64,000 nucleotides of DNA, taken from the NCBI RefSeq assembly GCF_963921235.1, contig NC_086109.1:15564001-15628000 (forward strand). The letters run 5' to 3'. Origin of the DNA: Mobula hypostoma (Eukaryota). The notes below the pieces were generated by a model that did no database searches, was not told the origin of the DNA, and was given only the letters and a program-made list of their open reading frames with translations. Below are positions 38,675 through 51,084 of the stretch, in pieces. The first letter of the stretch is position 1; every line of letters begins with the position of its first letter. The position numbers were made by a program, and so were the translations under genes.

Positions 38675-40269
38675 TGTTGTCGCTCCAAAATTTGGCAATG
38701 ATGTGCATGGAGTCACTACAGATTGGACAAAGAGATGGGTTTAAGGAGTGTCTCCTCCATTAAGACTCTGTTTATAACTTATACTACCTGTGTGACCAAA
38801 CTTTGATAAACTGGCCTCAGCTCAGAGGAACTGAATATGGCTCAGTTGAACCAAAACAAAAACACAAGAGATTCTGCAGATGCTGGAAATCTTGAGGCAG
38901 CACACACACAAAATGCTGGAGGAACTCAAAAAGTCAGCAGGAGCTATGGAGGGGAATAAACAGTTGATGTTTAAAGATCAGCTTTACCAAAGATTAGCTT
39001 TATTTGTCACATGCACATGGAGACATTGAGATATACAGTGAAGTGCATCAATTGCATCAATGCCCAGCAGAGTCCGAGGATGGGCTGGGGCAGCCTGCAA
39101 GCAGCACCATGCTTCTGGCACCAGCATTGCATGTCCACAACTTACTAAACTTTACCTACCCTGTAAAGCGTTATGCTAGTCACTACACCACCATGCCATC
39201 CCACATGTTTGAATGGGTCTCAGGCCAAAATATCGACTGTTTATTTCCCTCCATAGATACTGCTCGACTTGCAGAGTTCCTCCAACATTTTGCATGTGTT
39301 GTTCCAAAACATTGACTGGTTTCTCTTTCTGCAGATACTACTTGACCAGCTGAAATCTTCCAGGAAGTTCTGTTTCTGTGGCCTAATGTCCACTTCCATA
39401 GCTCTGTGTCATTTTTGTTTTGTCTTGTTGCATCTTCTGTAAAGCAATTGTGGGCATTAAATGGTGCAACGAGGACACATGTTGATGACATTTTTGGAAT
39501 GCTGTGCTACCAACTTTTCTTTTAATTATATTCCAACTTGACAAAGTTTGCTATTGAGCCTAAACTCTCTTGGTGGTAGCACAATTAGTAGCAAGGATGT
39601 GACATTTTCCTGCATGAAGCCAACTGGGGATACGGTGAGGGCTGAACAATCTGCTCACGGCTGGTGCTAATGTTCAAACAGCTGTTCAAAATAACAACGT
39701 GGGAGGCTGTTACGTGGATGTTTGTGGCGTGGGTGGGTGAGTGGGAGCCCAATGTCTTCAAGGCTCAGTAAGAGAACTGTTTGATACCCAAGTCTTGGAA
39801 TTAAATCTGGAGCAAAGGATTTAATTCTGAAAGAGAAGGGGGGAATGGTGGAAGCACCCAGAACGTCTGACAGCATCTGAGGGGAGAAACGGTGGTACTG
39901 TGGTTAGCATAATGCTTTACAGCACCAGTGATAGGGATTCAATTTCCGACTCTGTCTGGAATTTGTACCTCTGGGTTCTCCTGTTTCCTCCCACATTCCA
40001 AAGACCTACGGGATGTGGGCTGGCTATATTGATGCTAGAAGTGATACTTGTGGGCTGCCCCTGCATGCCCTTGGACTGCGTTGGTCGTTGATACAAGCTA
40101 CACATTTCCTTATATGTTTTGACGTGCATGTTGCTTCAGATTCAGGAACTTCATCGTAAGTGGACAAGTGAGAATACTGGACTGTTTTAAACTATAAAGA
40201 GGGAAATGGGATGTCTGTGACAGGGTGCAGACCAAGGTTGTCAAGGTGTCAATTACTTGAACAACTGGC

Positions 40270-41092
40270 ATTTGGAGACAGAATAGCAGCGTCAGTAAGA
40301 TGGAAGAGCTGGTTGTGGACTTCAGGAAGGGTAAGACAAAGGAACACAAAACAATCCTCACAGTGGGATCAGAAGTGGACAGAGTGAGCAGTTTCAAGTT
40401 CCTCAGTGTCAAGATCTCTGAGGATCTAACCTGGTCCCAACATATCAATGTAATTATAAAGAAGGCAAGACAGCGACTATACTTTATTAGGAGTTTGAAG
40501 AGATTTGGCTTGTCAACAAATACACTCAAAAACTTCTATAATTGTACCGTGGAGAGCATTCTGACAGGCTGCATCACTGTCCGGTATGGAGGGGCTACTG
40601 CACAGGACCAAAAGAAGCTGCAGAAGTTGTAAATCTAGTCAGTTTCATCTTGGGCACCAGCCTACAAACTACCCAGGACATCTTTAGGGAGCGGTGTCTC
40701 AGAAAGGCAGCGTCCATTATTAAAGACCTCCAGCACCCAGGGCATGCCCTTTTCTCACTGTTACCCTCGAGTAGGAGATACAGAAGCCTGAAGGCACACA
40801 CTCAGTGATTCAGGAACAGCTTCTTGCCCTCTGCCATCCAATTCCTGAATGGACTTTGAATTTTTGGACACTACCTCACTTTTTTTTAATATACAGTATT
40901 TCTGGGTTTTTTTTTGCACATTTTTAAATAATCTATTCAACATACATAATTGATTTACTTGTTTGTTTATTATTATGTTTTATTTTATTTTTTTTCTCTC
41001 TGTCTCTCTGATAGATTATGTATTGCATTGAATTGCTGCGGCTAAGTTAACAAATTTCACGTCACATGCCGGTGATAATAAACCTGATTCTA
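40270..41092 (+). mobile_element. Rex1/Babar-like LINE 3' fragment
   Basis: ELVVDFRK..FKFL.V.ISEDLTWS.HI..IIKKARQRLYFIRSLKRFG; AATAAACCTGATTCT tail. Confidence 0.85.
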
Positions 41093-41643
41093 ATTAGGTG
41101 AATTAAAAGGAAAGGATATAGCCACATCTCTGGAGAGAACACAAGAGAGAAAAAGAAGTGAGGGCTTACTTGAAATTGGCCCTAAGAGATGTAGCATACT
41201 CTGGCAAGTAGAACAAAGAACATAGAATTAATGAGGCATTGTACTGTGAGAGAAGTTGGGTATGAACAGAGTGACACTGGAGGTTTCTGCAGCATGGCAT
41301 TCACCTTAACTCTAAACTGATTGTTCAACCTATGAACTCACTTTCAAGATCTCTACAAGTCATAGTCTCAGTATTATTTATTTATTATTGCAAAGATTGT
41401 CTTCATTTGCACCTTGGTTGTTTATCAATCTTAGATTGTGTGTAGTTTTTCATTGATTCTATTCTTTGCTCTACTGTAAGTGCCTGCAAGAAAATAAATC
41501 TCAGGGTAGTACAGTACATGGTTACAAATATGTACTTCGATAATAAATTTACTTTGATCTTTGATCTTTGAAACTAGTGAGGTCCGAGTTGGGGGGAGTG
41601 GATTAATGTGTCACAAGATTGGAAGCTTAGAATCACCCTAACA

Positions 41644-43028
41644 CAGTGGTCCCCAACCACCGGGCCGCAAAGCATGTGTTACTGGGCCACGAGGAAACGA
41701 TATGATTTGGCGATATGAGTCAGCTGCACCTTTCCTCATTCCCTGTCACGGCCACTGTTGAGCTTGAATGCACACGAGGTCATTATGCTTGTGAGGTCAT
41801 TACCCGTGCGTTATCCACGTCTGCGCGGGAAGGAGATCAACTCCTCGAGGTTGCAAATGGCGGCGGGCTGAAAAGTATGTTTGACATAACACCTCTGCCG
41901 GCATTCTGGATCAAAGTCAAGGCTGAATACCCTGACGCAAACAACAGGAATTCTGCAGATGCTGGAAATTCAAGCAACATACATCAAAGTTGCTGGTGAA
42001 CGCAGCAGGCCAGGCAGCATCTCTAGGAAGAGGTGCAGTTGACATTTCAGGCCGAGACCCTTCGTCCTGACGAAGGGTCTCGGCCTGAAACGTTGACTGC
42101 ACCTCTTCCTAGAGATGCTGCCTGAATATCCTGAGATAGCCACGAAAGCACTGAAAACGTTGCTTCCATTTCCAACATATCTCTGCAATGAATGCAACGA
42201 AAACTAAATTGCGGAATTCCTTAAACTCCCTTCGAGTATCGCTGTCTCCCAACCCCTCGATGGGACCATCTTGTTGCAGGGAAACAAGCCCAGGGCTCCC
42301 ACTGATTCAGCAATATTGGTATGTTGCAATGATTTTATATGTTCATATGGGCAAAATATGTGCTGTATGTTTAATATCCAAACATTACTTAAAGTATTAT
42401 AATGCTATTGACTTATAAGTGACTTATATAACCATATAATAATTACAGCACGGAAACAGGCCATCTCTGCCCTTCTAGTCCATGCTGAACGCTACTCTCA
42501 CCTAGTCCCACTGACCTGCACACAGTCCATAACCCTCCATTCCTTTCCTGTCCATATACCTATCCAATTTTTCTTTAAATGATAATATCGGACCTGCCTC
42601 TACCACTTCTACTGGAAGTTCGTTCAACACTTACTTCAAGCTCCCCTGTCCTCCTCTGATAATTGACTTATCACTATATTCATGCGAGGAAAATATGTGC
42701 TGTGTGTTTAATATTAAATTCGTTAGATAATCCCTTTTAGAAATGAAATTGAGTGTATTAGTCACTTATCACCTATATTCTGTTCGTGATTAACAACCCC
42801 CCGTACAGAATCGCCAAAAACGATTTGTAGAAAAAAATTGACACGTACAGGCATGCACAAGTCACGCATGTGCACTGGTGCCCGTGCAAGGCTTCATGGT
42901 CATTGTAGTCTTTCTCGGGGTAAACACAACGTATTTGACTGTTACTCTTGTCCATTGGCAACCCTACGGGCCCCCCCTCCCCCGCCGGGTTGGCCGGTCT
43001 GCAGTGCAAAAAATGTTGGGGACCCCTG
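41644..43028 (+). mobile_element. Non-autonomous hAT-Charlie element, MER1/Charlie3-like
   Basis: TIRs CAGTGGTCCCCAAC / GTTGGGGACCCCTG; exact 8-bp TSD CCCTAACA (41636-41643, 43029-43036); hAT dimerization-domain remnant FWIKVKAEYPEIATKALKTLLPFPT..KTKLRN..GKQAQGSH. Confidence 0.9.
41936..42121. mobile_element. Fold-back mini-PLE inserted in the Charlie transposase remnant
   Basis: TSD CTGAATA(C/T)CCTGA at 41923-41935 and 42122-42134; arms 42011-42066 and 42069-42124; hammerhead core at 42067-42098 (+). Confidence 0.85.
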
Positions 43029-43642
43029 CCCTAACATACATAAAGATTCTGCAAAGTGTTCATCCTATCCACATTTGGTTCCTCCAGTGTGGAGTTTAAA
43101 ATCGCACAGGAATTCCCATGCAAACACAGGAGATTCAACTCCTGCAACTTTACCTCTGCCCTTCCTGCCATCTAAGGGCCAAAACATTTATTTCTGGTAA
43201 CGCATCAACACACCTTCACTTCTTCCAATCAAGTGAATGAGATTTGGTCCTCACAACATGGTCCCCTCTCCAATGGAGAAACTAAATACAGATTAGTTAC
43301 CTGTCTTGCACAATTCCTTTGTGTGGTCTGCAAGGGTGACTGTGGAGTTCCAGTCTCCCATCACTTCTATTCTCTCTTCCAACCTCACTCTCTGTCTCCA
43401 CTCCATTCATTGCTCCAGCAGCACCCAGAGTGAACTCAAGCAACAATATCTTCTTTTGTCGGAATATCTTACTGTCATTAGAATTTAATAATATCAGGAA
43501 ACACCCCCCCCCACTTCTTCCCATTCCTGCCTATTGACATGGTTGTACCTTCCTGTTTCAGTTTTTATTTTCTGTCACTCACTTCTGCTTTCCCATCTAT
43601 TTTCTCCACTCTTTACCCTCTCTGCAGCTTAATACAGAACAT

Positions 43643-43777
43643 CAAACATGAAAAAAATCCAAGCAACATACACAGAATGCTGGAGGAATTCAGCAGGCCA
43701 GGCAGCATCTAGGGAAAAGAGTAAACAGTTGACATTTCAGGCTGAGATCCTTCAGCAGGTCCAGCATTTATTGTGTG
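43643..43777 (-). mobile_element. TSD-flanked mini-PLE inserted in an older PLE remnant (~43090-43920)
   Basis: TSD TTAATACAGAACAT at 43629-43642 and 43778-43791; degenerate hammerhead at ~43726-43760. Confidence 0.75.
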
Positions 43778-45320
43778 TTAATACAGAACATGTTTGTCTG
43801 CTTACTTTTCCAGTTCTGATAAAGGGTCCTTGACCAGAAATAACTACTCTGTTTCTCTTCCCATTGATACCATCTAGCCAGCTGAGCGCTTCAAGCATTC
43901 TCTGTGCTTGCCTTGGAATTTAGTTGCTTTTTAGCTTTCAAAAGAAATATGACATAAAACATAGAACATTACAGCACAATACAGGCCCTTGCTGTGCTGA
44001 CCTTTAAGCCTACTCTACGATCAATCTAACTCTTCCCTCCTTCATAGCCCTCTATTTTTCTATCATTCATGTGCTCCATCAGTGCAGTGGATTGCTTGGG
44101 GCTAGCCATGCACAATAACAGTAAGCATTTCCTTCTCCACCACATTTCCCCCCACCTTCATGATTGTCTTTTATGTAGCTTGTCTCTGCTGGATGGATCC
44201 TTTAAGGTCTGCTGACCTTGGAGATAAAGCAGAAGGTTAGCTTTATTTGTCACACGCACATTGAAACACAGTGAAATGCATCATTTGCGCCAAAACAAAT
44301 CGGCGAGGATTGAGCTGGGCAGCCCACAAGCTTTGCCATGCTTTCGGTACCAACATGGCATGCCCACAACTCACCAACCCTAGCCGAACGTCTTTGGAAT
44401 GTAGGAGGAAACCGGAGCACTGGAAGGAATCCCATGCTGTCATGGAGAGAATGTACAAACTCCATACAGACAATAGCGGAAAATGGCACTGGTAGCTGGC
44501 ACTGTAAGGCATTAGACTAACTGCTATGCTACAGTACCACCCACGAGGCATCAGAAAGCCACTAATCTGTAGCTAATGTATGCTGCAATTAGATCTCCGC
44601 ATCACCCATTAGGAAAGATGTGTCCCATTTCAGAACAACTTTCTGGGTGAAAACCATCTCACTGCTGCTTCAAGCTTTTATTTGGCCAATTTATCACTTT
44701 GTCCAATTCTATCATAACATGATAGAATTCACCCTGCAGTTTGAGAAGGAGAAGCTAAAATCTGAAGTATCAGTATTACTGTGGAGTAAAGGGAGTTATA
44801 GAGGCATATGAGAGAAGCTGGCCAAAATCGATTGAAGGGGGACACTAGCAGGGATGATGGTAGAGCAGCAATGGCTGAAGTTTCTGGAAACAATTTGAAG
44901 GACACAGGAAAGATATATCCCAAAGTGAAGAAGTAGTCTAAAGGGAGGATGAGGCAAATGCGACTGACAAGGGAAGTCAAAGAGAGCATAAGAGCAAAAG
45001 AGATGGCATATAATATAGCAGGTTAGTGGGAAGGTAGAGGATTGGGAAGCTTTTTAAAACCAACAGAAAGCAACTAAAAAGCCATAAAACAGAGAAAAAT
45101 GAAGGTAAAGTAGCCAATAATATAAAAGAGGATACAAAACGATTTTTCAGATACATAAAGAGTAAAAGAGAGAAGAGAGTGGATACTAGACCATTGGAAA
45201 ATGACACTGGAGAGGTACTGTTGGGAGAACAAAGGAATGGTTGACAAACTTAATAAATATTTTGTGTAACTCTTTGTGGAAGGTACTAGCACAATGCCAG
45301 AAATGCAAGAGTGCCAGAGG

Positions 45321-45940
45321 CACTGTTCCCTCAAAGCTGCATGGGTGCACAGCTCCGCAGTAACTGAAATGCTCCCGCACACATAGCCTTTGTCGCCACA
45401 CAGCTGGAATTTCTTTTAAATAATGTTAATATAACTTAAAATTATATTAATCTAATTTTGAAATTATGCTAGTATAATTTTGAAATCTATTTTAAAATAA
45501 TTGTGAAATATCTTGTAATTGATTATATGTTAATGAATACAATCCATAAATTTTCTAAATAATAAATGTATCATCGTCTTTACTTTGAAACATGTTAGAG
45601 CTTCAAAGTATTTACGTTGTCAGTGTTTCAAGTGACAACTGTTACAAATTGTAGCAATAAACACAGAATGGAAGTCAGTCGCTCACTGTTAATAAACCAC
45701 CCACGCCATCTAACTTTGAAAGTCTACAAACGTGAAAGGCTTTCTTTGTTATACTGTATTTCATTATACCCTTCAATTAATAAATAAAATCAAAAGTATG
45801 TGATATTTCAATTTTCATTCTAAATATTCATATTATGTACATTACAAAAGAATTATGTGCCACATGGTTTCCAGGCCATATAAAAATTTCCTGCTCAGAG
45901 TTGGTTCATGCAGCTGTAAAAAAAATTAGAGGGAATATTG
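45321..45940. mobile_element. AT-rich hAT-like MITE nested in CR1
   Basis: Imperfect TIRs CACTGTTCCCTCAAA / TTAGAGGGAATATTG; CR1 sequence is continuous across it. Confidence 0.6.
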
Positions 45941-46812
45941 GTTAGGTGGAAGAGGTGAGTGTCGTTGCTATTACTAAAGAGAAGGTGCTTGTGAAGCTCA
46001 GAAGTCTGAAGGTAGGTAAGTCATCTAGACCAGATGGTATACACCCCAATGTGCTGAAAGAGATAGCTGACGAGATTGTGGAGGCATTAGTAATGATCTT
46101 TCAAGAATCCCTTGATACTGGAATAGGTCCTGAGGACTAGAAAATTGTAAATGTCACTCGACTCTTTAAAAAGGGAGGATGGCAGAAGAAGAAAATTATA
46201 GGCCAATTAGCCTGACTTCATTGATTGCAAAAATGTTGGAGTCTATTCTTAAAGATGAGGTTTCAGGGTACTTGGAGGCACTTGACAAAATAGGCCAAAG
46301 TCAGCATGGTTTCCTTAAAGAGAAATCTTGCCTGACACATCTGTTGGATTTCTTTGAGGAAATAACAACAGGATAGACAAAGGAGAGTCAGTGAACGTTG
46401 TTTATTTGGATTTTTTAGAAGGCCTTTGACAAGGTGCTGCTCATGAGGTTGATTCACAAATTAAGAGCCCATGGTATTACAGGAAAGGTACTAGCATGGA
46501 TAGAAGATGGGCTGATTGCCAGGAGGCAAAGAGTGAGAATAAAGGGGGCCTTTTCTAGTTGGCTGTGGATGACTAATGGTGTACAGCAGAGGTCGGTGTT
46601 GGCACTGCTTCTTTTCATGTTATATGTCAATGATTTGGATGAAGGAATTGATGGCTTCGTGACCAAGTTTGCAGATGAAACAAAGGTAGGTGGAGGGGCA
46701 GGTACTGTTGAGGAAGCAGGGTGTTTGCAGAAGGACTTAGACAGAATGGTGGAATGGGCAAAGAAGTGGCAGATGGAATATAGTGCAGGGAAGTGCATGG
46801 CCATGCACTTTG

Positions 46813-46918
46813 ACAGACGGGATAAAAATGTGGACTATGTTCTAAATGGGGAAAATATTCAAAAAACAGACGGGATAAAAATGTGGACTATGTTCTAAAT
46901 GGGGAAAATATTCAAAAA
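46813..46918 (+). repeat. Perfect 53-bp tandem duplication
   Basis: 46813-46865 is identical to 46866-46918. Confidence 0.95.
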
Positions 46919-49473
46919 TCAGAGATGCAAAGGAACTTGGGAGTCCTTGTGAAGGATTCCCTAAAGGTTAATTTGCAGGTTGAGTCAGTGGTAAGGAAGG
47001 GAAATGCAATGTTAGTCATCCTTTTCAGAAGACTAGAATACAAAATCAAGGATATAGTGTTGTGGCTTTATAAGGCATTGGTCAGACTGCACTTGGAGTT
47101 TCGTGAGCAGTTTTAGGATCTTCACTAAGAAAAGATATGCTGGCATTGGAGATGGTCCAGAGGAGATTCATGTGAATGATCCCAAGAATGAAAGGTTTAA
47201 TATATGAGGAGTGTTTGATGGCTCTGGGCTTGTACTTGCAGGAGTTTAGAAGAATGGGGGTGGGGGGGATCTCATTGAAACCCATTTTCCACTGAGGAAA
47301 GGGGAGAAAAAAACCAGGGGACATGGGTTAAGGGTGAGGGGGGAAAAGTTTAAAGGGAACATTAGTGGGGGCTTCTTCACACAGAGAGTGGTGGGAGAAT
47401 GGAATGAGCTGCCAGACGGGGTGGCAAATGCAGGTTCTTTTTTAACATTTAAGAATAAGTTGGACAGATACATGGATGGGAGGTGGATGGAGGGATATGG
47501 TCTGTGTGCAGGTCAGTGGGACTAGGCAGAAAATAGTTCGGCACAGCCAAGAAGGGCCAAAAGGCTTGTTTCTGTGCTGTAGTTTTTCTATGGTTTCTAT
47601 TGAACATTGAAAGGCCTAGATAGAGTGGATGTGAAAGAATATCAGGGAGTCTAGGACCAGAGGGACATCCATTAGAATAGAGGTGAGGAAAAAATTCTTT
47701 AGCCAGAGGGTGGTGAATCTGTGGAATTCTTTGCCACAGACAGCTGTGCAGGCCAGGTCATTGTGTATATTTAAGACGGAGGTTAAGATATGTTCTTGGT
47801 CAATCAGGGCAACAAATGTTATGGAATGAGGGCAGGAGAATGGGTTGAGAGGGATAAGTAATCACCCATTATGGAATGGCGGAGGAGACTCCATGAGCCA
47901 AATAGCCTAATTCTGCACCTGTGTCTTGTGATATTTGGTCTAATTTGATGTCTTTTACTTGGGAGATGACTGGGTGTTAGTGGCAAACTCAACAATGGCA
48001 TAGCAAACCAAAAGTAACCGAAACTTAATTTCCAGCACATCTTTATTTATGATGGTCAGGAATACATTGTTCTCCTTGTGTGTTTTTTAAAATTCTAAAC
48101 ACATCACTACAATCTCTCTATATTAGAGTTCATTTGTCACTTCTTTGCCCATTCTGTCAGCATATCTGTCCTTCTGCAGTTTAATACTCCCCTCCTTCTG
48201 CTTACTACATCCTCACCACACCATTTCATAGTTGTAACATTAAAGATCATTGGTCCTTGTACTGACTCTTGGAGGTCCACCAAGTCTACTAACCTGCATT
48301 CTGAAAAAAACAGCTGCCATTGGTGTAGCTGTTGTGGTTTCTGATTATATCTCAGGGTTCAGAGTCAGAGTCTGACGACAGATCGTCACAATCTTTTTCC
48401 TCGAATGGAAATCTTTAATACCAGCAGGCATAACTTTAAGGTGTGAAAACTAGAATCAGCTTTATTATCACTAACATTTGTCATGAAATTTGTTGTTTTG
48501 CAGCAGCAGTACAGTGCAAACCATAAAATATATTGTAAGTTACAATAGCAAATAAATCAATAGTACAAGGTAGTGTTGATGAGTTCATAGACATTTCACA
48601 AATCTGATGGCAGAGAGGGAAAAGATCCTCAGTTGTTGAGTGTGTGTCTTAAGGCTCCTGTGCTTCCTCCCTGACGGTAGTAATGAGAAAAGGGCATGCC
48701 TGGGATGGGGAGTATCCGTAATAATGGATGCCACCTTCTTGAGTCACCACCTTTTGAAGATGTCCTCAGTGGTGGGGTAAGTTGTGCTTATGACGCAGCT
48801 GACTCAGCTTACAATCCTCTGAAGCTTCTTACAATCCTGCGCGTCGGTGCCTCCATATCAGGCCGTGATACAACCAGTCAGAATCGTCTCCATGGTGTGT
48901 CTGTAGAAAGTTTGGTCTCTAGAGTCCCTGGTGATATACCAAATTGCCTCATATTCTTACTGATGATAGATGCTGCCTTCATGAGGCACTGCCTTTTAAA
49001 AGTGTGAGGGGAAAATCTAAAGGTGGTGTGTGATGCTAATTTTAATTTTGCACAGAAAATGGTAGGTGATCCAGAGGATTTTCACAATTATGATCCCAGG
49101 AATGAAAGGGTTGAGGAGTATTTGTTGGCTCTGGGCCCATACTCACTGGAGTTTGGAAGAATATTGGGGGGGGCGGGCATCTCATTGAAAGCTGTTGAAT
49201 ATTGAAAGACCTAAACAGAATTGTCATGGAGAGGATGTTTCCTATAGAGGGGAGTCTAGGACCAGAGGACACAGCCTCGGAATACAAGGAGATGAGGAGG
49301 AATTTCTTCAGCCAGATGGTGGTGAATCTGTGGAATTCTTTGCCACAGATGGCTACAGAGGCCAAGTCAATGGGTATATTAAACACAAAATACTCCGCAG
49401 ATGCTGGGGTCAAAGCAACACTCACAACACGCTGGAGGAACTCAGCAGATCGAGCAGCATCCGTGGAAACAAT

Positions 49474-49510
49474 CAGTCAACGTTTCGGGCCGAAACCCTT
49501 CGTCAGGACT
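49474..49510 (-). ncRNA. Minimal hammerhead ribozyme with UUCG loop II
   Basis: AGUC-CUGACGA-A-GGGU(UUCG)GCCC-GAAA-CGUU-GACUG. Confidence 0.85.
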
Positions 49511-49587
49511 TAAGAGGGAAGGGGCAGAGGCCCTATAAAGAAGGTGGCAGGAGGGTGGGAAGGGTCTGCCTCTGCCCCTTCCCTCTT

Positions 49588-49625
49588 CAGTCCTGATGAA
49601 GGGTTCCGGCCTGAAACGTTGACTG
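49588..49625 (+). ncRNA. Minimal hammerhead ribozyme
   Basis: CAGUC-CUGAUGA-A-GGGU(UCCG)GCCU-GAAA-CGUU-GACUG. Confidence 0.85.
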
Positions 49626-50819
49626 ATCATTTCCACGGATGCTGCCCGACCTCCAGCGTGTTGTGAGTGTTTCAATGGGTATATTATAAGTGGAGGTTGA
49701 TAAGACCTTGTTTAGAAAGGGCGTCAAAAGTTACAAGGAGAAGGTACGAGAGTGGTATTGAGAGTGATGATAAATCAGTCCCAATGGAATGGTGTAGCAG
49801 GTTTGATGGGCTGAATAGCCTAATTTTGCTCCTATGTCTTATGGTCTTATGGAATGCACCGCCCAGGAGTGGTGGAAGAAGATATGATAGCAGTGTTTCA
49901 GAGGTGTGTAGGCAGGCACATGAACAGCCAGAGGACGGAGAGTTATGGATCAGATGCAGGCAGATGGGAACATCTTCATTTGGTGTCAAGGCCGGCTGAA
50001 GAGCCTGCCCCTGTGCTCTACTGTTCCATGATCTTGGATTTCCAGTGAATTTACAGAGCATAACACAATCAACCAGAATGAGTGGTGAAAGAAATCTCCT
50101 GGACCTGGCACACATCCCATAAATTCTGGGCTTAAGGAAAACACCCATTGCAAAACTTAAAATATGTTTTTGCAAGCAGCAGCCACTTACAGATTATCAA
50201 AGGTTATGAACTAAACTTCTTTAATCTTAGCAATAGTTACAAAACTTTAAAGGGAAAGTGCAGGAGAATCAGGTGGAGTAAATGTTTTGCAAAGAAATAC
50301 TTCCCTTTCCTGGGAATAGTTAAAACCTACCAGACTGCTTTCTGCTTGAGGCCAAGATTGGTTCCCTTCCATTCATGCAATTTATTTCTCTGAACAGTTC
50401 CAGTAAAAGGTAATTAATAAATATAGGCATAACTTTTGTTAAACTTTCTCAGATCTTCCTGAATTTAAATGCTGTGCACTGGCATACACTTTGTATTCTT
50501 CTTTTCATTGCAAAGGTAATTGATCATTGAGCTACAGTGAGCTCATTATACATTTTGAAGATAAATGATTAAACCATCAACCTTACTCAAGTATGTTGGG
50601 TATACCAGAATATGATTTTATCTTTACTATACTGTTCTCTACTAATATAATAAAGTTAAACATTGTTGACTTTTATTAATGTGGATTATTTTTAGTTTCG
50701 AACCATGTTTAATCTAACTTGATATATCACAGGCTTGATATATTGCCTTGATAAAATCTTTGTAAGCCATTTACTTGTGGGCAACTCCCCAAAGAGTGCT
50801 CCTTTGCTCATTGCAAGAG

Positions 50820-50876
50820 GTAGTAGAACTCCATCATGGACGGTCCCAAGCCTGGTTGGAAAAGGAGGAGGGTTGC
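50820..50876 (+). ncRNA. Candidate twister ribozyme (type P1, partly degenerate)
   Basis: AA-CUCC...CGG-UCCCAAGC-CUG...AAAA-GGAG-GAGGG-UUGC matches the twister core layout. Confidence 0.65.
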
Positions 50877-51077
50877 GCATGGGGCTAGCAACCCCATCAC
50901 CTCAAACCCCAGAGCTACTGAAACACTAACAGAAGCTCCAAAGACCTCATCCCTGGAAAAGGAAGGACACTAAGAACATAGGCTACATATGGGGACAACT
51001 TTAAAGACTGGCCCAGGACGGCGGAGCTGCTGTTGGCAGCCTATGCCTCAATAGGGGTGATGGACAGAAGAAGAAGA
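50820..51077 (+). mobile_element. Short non-autonomous RTE-derived element
   Basis: RTE 5'-type GGGGCTAGCAACCCC after the twister motif; RTE 3'-type GGCCCAGGAC..GGCAGCCTATGC; (GAA)n tail. Confidence 0.6.
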
Positions 51078-51084
51078 GACAGTG

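Larger units (their letters stand above)
44705..47940 (+). mobile_element. Degraded CR1 LINE ORF2 and 3' UTR with nested insertions
   Basis: NYRPISLTS, QHGFLKEKSCLT and TKFADETK motifs across broken frames. Confidence 0.85.
49382..49671. mobile_element. TSD-flanked fold-back mini-PLE with two intact hammerheads, nested in a CR1 3' fragment
   Basis: TSD TCAATGGGTATATTA at 49367-49381 and 49672-49686; inverted arms. Confidence 0.9.
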
